Notes under the pieces: model-generated
Seen by the model: only the letters and a program-made list of their open reading frames with translations
Databases searched by the model: none
What the model was told of the DNA's origin: nothing
Shown here: positions 58,638-64,000 of the stretch, in pieces
Layout of the letters: the number at the start of each line of letters is the position of its first letter
Position numbering within the stretch: the first letter of the stretch is position 1
Program-made: the position numbers and the translations under genes
From: an uncultured Ignavibacteriaceae bacterium
GTDB taxonomy: Bacteria > Bacteroidota > Ignavibacteria > Tepidaquicellales > Tepidaquicellaceae
Length of the DNA: 64,000 bases
Assembly (NCBI GenBank): GCA_964472195.1
Contig: CAYYJH010000001.1
Span: forward strand, 10,461-74,460
Direction: 5' to 3'

Positions 58638-60047
58638 CTAAAAAGCTTCTTTAGAAAAAAACATTTCTTTTAAAGTTTTAACAATAATTTTTATATCAAA
58701 TACAAGTGACCAGTTTTCAATATAATATATATCATAGTCAATTCGTGTTTGCATTGATGTTTCTGAACCTCTAAGACCGTTAACCTGAGCCCAGCCTGTA
58801 ACACCGCATTTTACTCTGTGTCTTTCGAGGTATCTTTTTATCGAATGTTTCATTTTATTTATGAAGAACTCCCTTTCTGGTCTTGGTCCAACAATACTCA
58901 TTTCTCCCTTTAGAACATTAAGGAACTGGGGTAGTTCGTCAAGGCTGTATTTACGTATGAATTTACCTATCGATGTAACCCTGTCGTCTTCTTTTGATGC
59001 GAATTGAGGACCAGTTGTCTCCGCATCAACTTTCATTGAACGAAATTTGAACATCATAAATTTCTTTCCGTCCAATCCTATTCTTTCCTGTTTGTAAAAT
59101 AAAGGACCTTTTGATGATAGTTTGATTATTATCGATATTATAATAAATAAAGGTGAAAAAATGAACAAGAACAACAAGGATGTTATTATATCAAAAGTTC
59201 TTTTTAGTATATTATTCCAGGCATTAAGAGGAAGCGATTTAATTTTCATAAACGGTATACCATTTACTTCGTTAATTTTTAGTTTACTTGTTATTAAATC
59301 TATAAAATCAGGTGCAAGCATGAATTCAACATTAATACCTTCACATTCTTTAAACAAATCAAAAAGATCATCGTGCTCAAAAGATGATAATGATATAAGA
59401 ATTTTTTCGATTCCCTTTGATTTTATTAGATCAGGGATTGATTCATAATTTCCAAGGTATATTTTGTTATTGTTTTCAATTTTTTGTTTAGCGAAATAAC
59501 CTATGACATTGAATCCAGTGAATTTATCTCTTGAAAAGTTTGTATAGATTTTTTCTGCCATTTCATTTGTTCCAAGAACAGCTACGTTCTTAATCCCAAT
59601 TTTCCTGTTGTAAAGTGTTTTCTCCAGTTTTAAAAGAAAATATCTTCCGATTGTAATTAAAATAATTGATGTAAACCATATAAATACAAATACAAGTCTC
59701 GAATATGGAAAGTCTCTAAAGAAGAAGATTATACCGATTGAAAATATTATACCAATAGTAATACACTTAACGATTACAAAGAATTCGTCGAAAACAAATA
59801 CAGATCTGTTGAGTCTATACATTTTGTTAGAATGAAATGTGAGAATCCAAACAGGTAATGTTATTAATCCAAAATAGAAATACCATTCAAATTCGGGATA
59901 ACCCTTCGTAACAGGGAATAAATTACTAATCAGGCTATTAAATCTGATTTCAAATGAAATATAATATGAAGCTAAAATTAATATTGAGTCTAATAAAATA
60001 GTGAGAAGAGGTATTAGTACCTCTATTTTATACGATTTATTAATCAA
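58638..60047 (-). CDS. Undecaprenyl-phosphate hexose-1-phosphate transferase (WcaJ/WbaP-type), second copy
   Basis: N-terminal TM segments, central Rossmann-like VAVLGTNEMA, and a catalytic domain with KFRSM, DELPQFLNVLKGEMSIVGPRPE and GVTGWAQVNG. Confidence 0.88.
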   Translation of the reverse strand: MINKSYKIEVLIPLLTILLDSILILASYYISFEIRFNSLISNLFPVTKGYPEFEWYFYFGLITLPVWILTFHSNKMYRLNRSVFVFDEFFVIVKCITIGIIFSIGIIFFFRDFPYSRLVFVFIWFTSIILITIGRYFLLKLEKTLYNRKIGIKNVAVLGTNEMAEKIYTNFSRDKFTGFNVIGYFAKQKIENNNKIYLGNYESIPDLIKSKGIEKILISLSSFEHDDLFDLFKECEGINVEFMLAPDFIDLITSKLKINEVNGIPFMKIKSLPLNAWNNILKRTFDIITSLLFLFIFSPLFIIISIIIKLSSKGPLFYKQERIGLDGKKFMMFKFRSMKVDAETTGPQFASKEDDRVTSIGKFIRKYSLDELPQFLNVLKGEMSIVGPRPEREFFINKMKHSIKRYLERHRVKCGVTGWAQVNGLRGSETSMQTRIDYDIYYIENWSLVFDIKIIVKTLKEMFFSKEAF

Positions 60048-60158
60048 TCTTTTCTTTATTTCTTATCAAAATAGAGCTTTTAATATAAATTCAAAACGAA
60101 AAAATATTATACTAATTAAAATTTTATACAAAAGATGATCTCAATAAACTTTTTGTCA

Positions 60159-62270
60159 TCAGGCAACTTTCATCAAGTATAATGAATCTTTATAATTTCT
60201 AAAAAACTCTTTCTTTACTGTATCGTTTTCTTTTTTTCTTAAATGCGGATCATCTTCAATCATTTTAAAAGCAATAGTTCTTGCAGATATTAGTATATCA
60301 TAATCTTTATTTAAATCTGTACATGAAAAATTTAATATGCCGGATTGTCGTATACCAAAAAACTCTCCAGGACCGCGTATCTTCATATCCTCTTCTGCGA
60401 TCTTAAAACCGTCTGTTGATTTACATAGAATTTTTAGTCTCCTGTGAGAAACCTCATCGAGATGTTTACCAATAAGAATACAGTAGGATTGTTCCGCACC
60501 TCTTCCTACACGCCCCCTTAGTTGATGAAGCTGGGATAAGCCAAATCTTTGTGCATCTTCGATTATCATGATTGTTGCATTAGGTATATCTATCCCGACC
60601 TCAATTACAGTTGTTGAAACAAGGATTTTAATTTTTCCATCCTTGAATGATTCCATCTGTTCATCTTTTTCATACCAGAAAAGCCGACCGTGAACCATAC
60701 CTATTTCATATTCTTTAAAAACACCGTTCTTTAACTTTTGATAATTCTCTTCAGCGGATTTAAGGTCAAGTTTTTCTGATTCATCTATTATTGGATAAAC
60801 GATATAAACCTGTCTTCCTTTTTTAATTTCATCTTTTACAAAATCAAAGATTTTTGGTTTCTCTTTTTCGGTTCTTAGAACCGTCTTGATTTTTTTTCTG
60901 TTCTTAGGAAGCTCATCGATTACAGAAACGTCAAGGTCTCCATAGTATGTTAACGATAAAGTTCGCGGTATCGGTGTTGCAGTCATTACGAGGACATCGG
61001 GATTCAGACCTTTCTCTTTTAACTTAGCCCTCTGCATAACTCCAAACTTATGTTGTTCGTCTATTACTACAAATCCTAAATTATTATATTCGACTTTTTC
61101 TTGTATAAGAGCATGAGTACCTATAATAATATTTGTAGTGCCGTTTTTTATATCTTTGAGTAACTCCTCCCTGAGTTTTTTCTTTTGACCGCCAACCAGC
61201 AAAACGACTTTATAATTATTGCCGGAAACATTATTGAATTTTTGAATAAATTCCGAAATAGTTTTAAAATGCTGTTCAGCAAGTAATTCAGTCGGACACA
61301 TAAAAGCACTCTGATATCCATTAACTACGGAAATCAGCATCGCAAATATAGATACGATTGTTTTACCGCTGCCAACATCTCCCTGTAACAGGCGATTCAT
61401 AACCTGGTCGGATCTCATATCCTTAAATATTTCGTTTATTACTCTTTTCTGAGCTTGAGTAAGTTCAAAATCTAAAGTTGAATTAAAGGATTCGATAAGT
61501 TTGTCGATGCTTTTTGTGAACGAAATTCCTTTTTGTTCTTTTTTAATGCTTCGTTTTTTGAGAGCGAGAATTAATTCAAGGTAAAATAATTCTTCGAATG
61601 CAAGTCTTCTTCTTGCAGTTTCAATGTCTTTGTAGTTTTTAGGAAAGTTTATTTTTATTATTGCATCTTTTTTAGAAATGTAATTTCTTTGCGATAGAAT
61701 AGATGCAGGGATAGTTTCTTTTATTAAGTTTGATTCAATTAGAGTTAAGAAAGCATTAAATACAATCTTCGATAACAGTAATGGTTTAATCCATGTTTTT
61801 TTTAATACACCCTGCAATTCATAAATAGGTATTAAAGGAAGTTTAATGAAATTATTGTCGGATTTTATATTCTCGTTTATTTTTAAGTGATCTCTATAGT
61901 TTAATTGGTATCGTGTATTGTAGAAACCTTCCGCAATCTTACCCCAGAATATAAATTCGTCATCGAGATGGAATTGTTTTGATCTGAATTCACTTCTTCC
62001 AAATATAGGAATTTCGGTACTTCCAGTCCCATCGTTTAAAAAGATTCTTAAGGGATGATTAACTTTTCCTGGGTACGCTATATCAATAATTCTACCGCTA
62101 ACGATAACGTTAGTATCACTATATTTTTGAATATCCTTAATTTGAATTTTTTTAATGTATGACCGTGGGATGAAATTCAGGAAATCTTCAAGCTTGTTGA
62201 TACCGATTTTTTTAAAGGCGTCCGCCCGCTTTTCTCCGACTCCTTTGAGGTATTTTATATCCAAAATCAA
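60159..62270 (-). CDS. recG: ATP-dependent DNA helicase RecG
   Basis: N-terminal wedge/OB region, Walker A GDVGSGKT, DEQHKFG box, and QLHQLRGRVGRG motif VI. Confidence 0.95.
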   Translation of the reverse strand: MILDIKYLKGVGEKRADAFKKIGINKLEDFLNFIPRSYIKKIQIKDIQKYSDTNVIVSGRIIDIAYPGKVNHPLRIFLNDGTGSTEIPIFGRSEFRSKQFHLDDEFIFWGKIAEGFYNTRYQLNYRDHLKINENIKSDNNFIKLPLIPIYELQGVLKKTWIKPLLLSKIVFNAFLTLIESNLIKETIPASILSQRNYISKKDAIIKINFPKNYKDIETARRRLAFEELFYLELILALKKRSIKKEQKGISFTKSIDKLIESFNSTLDFELTQAQKRVINEIFKDMRSDQVMNRLLQGDVGSGKTIVSIFAMLISVVNGYQSAFMCPTELLAEQHFKTISEFIQKFNNVSGNNYKVVLLVGGQKKKLREELLKDIKNGTTNIIIGTHALIQEKVEYNNLGFVVIDEQHKFGVMQRAKLKEKGLNPDVLVMTATPIPRTLSLTYYGDLDVSVIDELPKNRKKIKTVLRTEKEKPKIFDFVKDEIKKGRQVYIVYPIIDESEKLDLKSAEENYQKLKNGVFKEYEIGMVHGRLFWYEKDEQMESFKDGKIKILVSTTVIEVGIDIPNATIMIIEDAQRFGLSQLHQLRGRVGRGAEQSYCILIGKHLDEVSHRRLKILCKSTDGFKIAEEDMKIRGPGEFFGIRQSGILNFSCTDLNKDYDILISARTIAFKMIEDDPHLRKKENDTVKKEFFRNYKDSLYLMKVA

Positions 62271-62370
62271 AAAACTTTTACTGTATTCACTAAACTATAC
62301 TTTCGATTATGTGGTTTTAAAATAAGTAGTACTATTTATAATGAACAACCTTAGATCAAGAAAGAAGTCA

Positions 62371-63672
62371 CTACTTTATTAGAATCATTTTTTTTGTCTG
62401 AGTATAATCTTTTGCAATAAGTTTATAAAAATATATGCCACTTGGATAAATTGCAACTTTCCCTGAAGAGGTGTGCCATTGTACTTCATAACTTCCTGTT
62501 GTTAGTTCTTCATCTACGATGTAATCAACTACTTTTCCTGTAATGTCTAAAATGAAAAGTTTAATCTTAGATTTTACAGGTATATCGAATTTGATATTTG
62601 TTATAGGATTAAAAGGATTGGGATAATTTTGGTATAGTTTGAAACCATTTGGAATTATTCCTGAGATTTTTTTTATACCAACTGCGCCGCCCGTAACTGT
62701 TTTCAGTATTGTTCCATGTTCTCCGACTGCGAAGCCTGTATCTGCATTTAAAAAAAAGATAGATTTTAACGGACTATAAATTCCAATGGTTTGAATGTCC
62801 CATAGTTCTCCACCGTCCGTTGTTTTCATTATCAAACCACCATGACCGGCTATATATCCTGTATTCGAATTTACTAAGAATACAGATCTGAGTGAAAACC
62901 CAACGACCGGGGATGTTTTCCGAACCCAGCTTAAACCTCCATTCGTTGTTTTAATTATTTGTCCGGGATTACCGACAGCTATCCCTGTATTTTTGTTAAT
63001 GAAATATACAGAATGTAAATTTTTATTTATACTGCTGTTTTGCAAAAACCAGTTTTGTCCTCCATCTGTTGTTCTTACGAGTGCTCCGTAAAGTCCTGAA
63101 GCCGTTCCGTAAATTGAATCAGAAAAATTCACGCAAACAAGCCATTTAGCAGTTGGGCAGAATAGTTTTATCCAGTTTTTACCACCGTTAGTCGTTCGGA
63201 ATATAGTTCCTGTATCACCTACTGCAATACCGGTGTTTGCATTAATAAAGTATACTGACGATAACGCTTCTGAAAGTCCTTCCGCCTGTTTTATCCAGTT
63301 TACACCTGAATTTGTCGTTCTAAGAATAATTCCGTTATACCCTAATGTACCAAATCCTACGATTGTACCTGTGTCAGTATTAGAAAAAAAGACAGAAACG
63401 AGACTGGATGATGTTCCTGATGTTTGAGAGGACCATGTATTGCCGCTATTTGTTGTTTTAAGAATTGCTCCATTGTGACCTGAAACAAAGCCTGTATTAG
63501 CATCAACAAAATAAACAGAGTAAAGATAATCATTACTGCTGCTGTTTTGAGTAAACCATCCGTTTTGTGCAAACGTGCTGTTATTTGATGATAAAAATAC
63601 AGTAAGCAGGACGACAAAAAGTAATGTTTTCGGGATTTTTTTTAAAAAAAGATTTTTTAAGTCAACTGGCAT
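62371..63672 (-). CDS. BNR/Ycf48-like beta-propeller protein with T9SS C-terminal sorting domain
   Basis: Six repeats of the TTN(G/S)GxNW / TTDGGxxW type. The C-terminal LYQNYPNPFNPITNIKF...GIYFYKL...KKMILIK is the T9SS CTD. Confidence 0.8.
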   Translation of the reverse strand: MPVDLKNLFLKKIPKTLLFVVLLTVFLSSNNSTFAQNGWFTQNSSSNDYLYSVYFVDANTGFVSGHNGAILKTTNSGNTWSSQTSGTSSSLVSVFFSNTDTGTIVGFGTLGYNGIILRTTNSGVNWIKQAEGLSEALSSVYFINANTGIAVGDTGTIFRTTNGGKNWIKLFCPTAKWLVCVNFSDSIYGTASGLYGALVRTTDGGQNWFLQNSSINKNLHSVYFINKNTGIAVGNPGQIIKTTNGGLSWVRKTSPVVGFSLRSVFLVNSNTGYIAGHGGLIMKTTDGGELWDIQTIGIYSPLKSIFFLNADTGFAVGEHGTILKTVTGGAVGIKKISGIIPNGFKLYQNYPNPFNPITNIKFDIPVKSKIKLFILDITGKVVDYIVDEELTTGSYEVQWHTSSGKVAIYPSGIYFYKLIAKDYTQTKKMILIK

Positions 63673-63693
63673 TTTGTGTACTTGATAGTTTAA

Positions 63694-63954
63694 CTATTCT
63701 TTTCTTTGTTGCTTAAAAGAAGTATCTATTATCGCTGCATTCAAGATTAGGGTTATGTATTTTAGGAAATGGTCTATTGACTTTAACAATTCTTCTGTTT
63801 TTCCTTCTTTAATTTTAACGTTATCTCCTTCAATATTAATACAGTCGATTACATTATTACAAATATCCAGGAGTCTTGCTTTTTCTGCTTTCTTTATTGA
63901 GAGTGAATCGATATTATTTCTGAATTCTAAAATCTGGTTTATATAGTCTAACAT
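63694..63954 (-). CDS. Hypothetical small protein
   Basis: 86-aa ORF with ATG start and no recognisable motifs. Coding status uncertain. Confidence 0.3.
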   Translation of the reverse strand: MLDYINQILEFRNNIDSLSIKKAEKARLLDICNNVIDCINIEGDNVKIKEGKTEELLKSIDHFLKYITLILNAAIIDTSFKQQRKE

Positions 63955-64000
63955 GATGGGAAAATTTTTCCTAATGTTTCCAAATAAATGTAAAAAATAA

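Overview
This is an AT-rich bacterial chromosome segment. It probably comes from an FCB-group organism (Ignavibacteria/Bacteroidota-like): two encoded proteins end in T9SS type-A sorting domains, a KDO-pathway gene is present, and AGGAG-type ribosome-binding sites are used.

Bases 3-39037 form one very large surface-glycan (O-antigen/capsule-type) biosynthesis locus of about 36 genes. All but one are on the plus strand, and many have overlapping stop/start codons. The locus contains:
- two Wzx-like flippases and one Wzy-like polymerase;
- at least 7 glycosyltransferase-type genes and one initiating phosphoglycosyl transferase;
- six SAM-methyltransferase genes, one of them frameshifted at an A8 tract;
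- several nucleotide-sugar pathways: GmhA/HddA/HddC-type heptose genes, a PseB/CapD-like dehydratase with an RmlD-like reductase and a 2-epimerase, and a WbpB/WbpE/WbpD-like diacetamido-sugar triad;
- an uncharacterised cassette: AsnB-like amidotransferase, membrane transglutaminase-like protein, MDR+Gfo/Idh/MocA fusion oxidoreductase, unknown 392-aa protein, DUF354.

Bases 39056-63954 carry mostly minus-strand housekeeping genes:
- a stand-alone C-terminal half of cobalamin methionine synthase, a P-type ATPase, and pyrG;
- a GNAT gene, kdsB, plsC and an isochorismatase-family gene;
- a metal-uptake operon: MntR/DtxR regulator, a membrane-anchored DtxR-FeoA fusion, and feoB split into a GTPase gene and a permease gene;
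- an S9 peptidase, a metallophosphoesterase and a HAD phosphatase;
- a second phosphoglycosyl transferase followed by a small membrane protein and a T9SS cargo protein;
- recG and a BNR/Ycf48-like T9SS protein.

I saw no rRNA, tRNA, CRISPR array, transposase or phage genes. The best candidates for something undescribed are the cassette at 24.6-32.0 kb and the membrane-tethered DtxR-FeoA protein next to the split FeoB. Both are inferences from domain motifs read by eye, not database hits.
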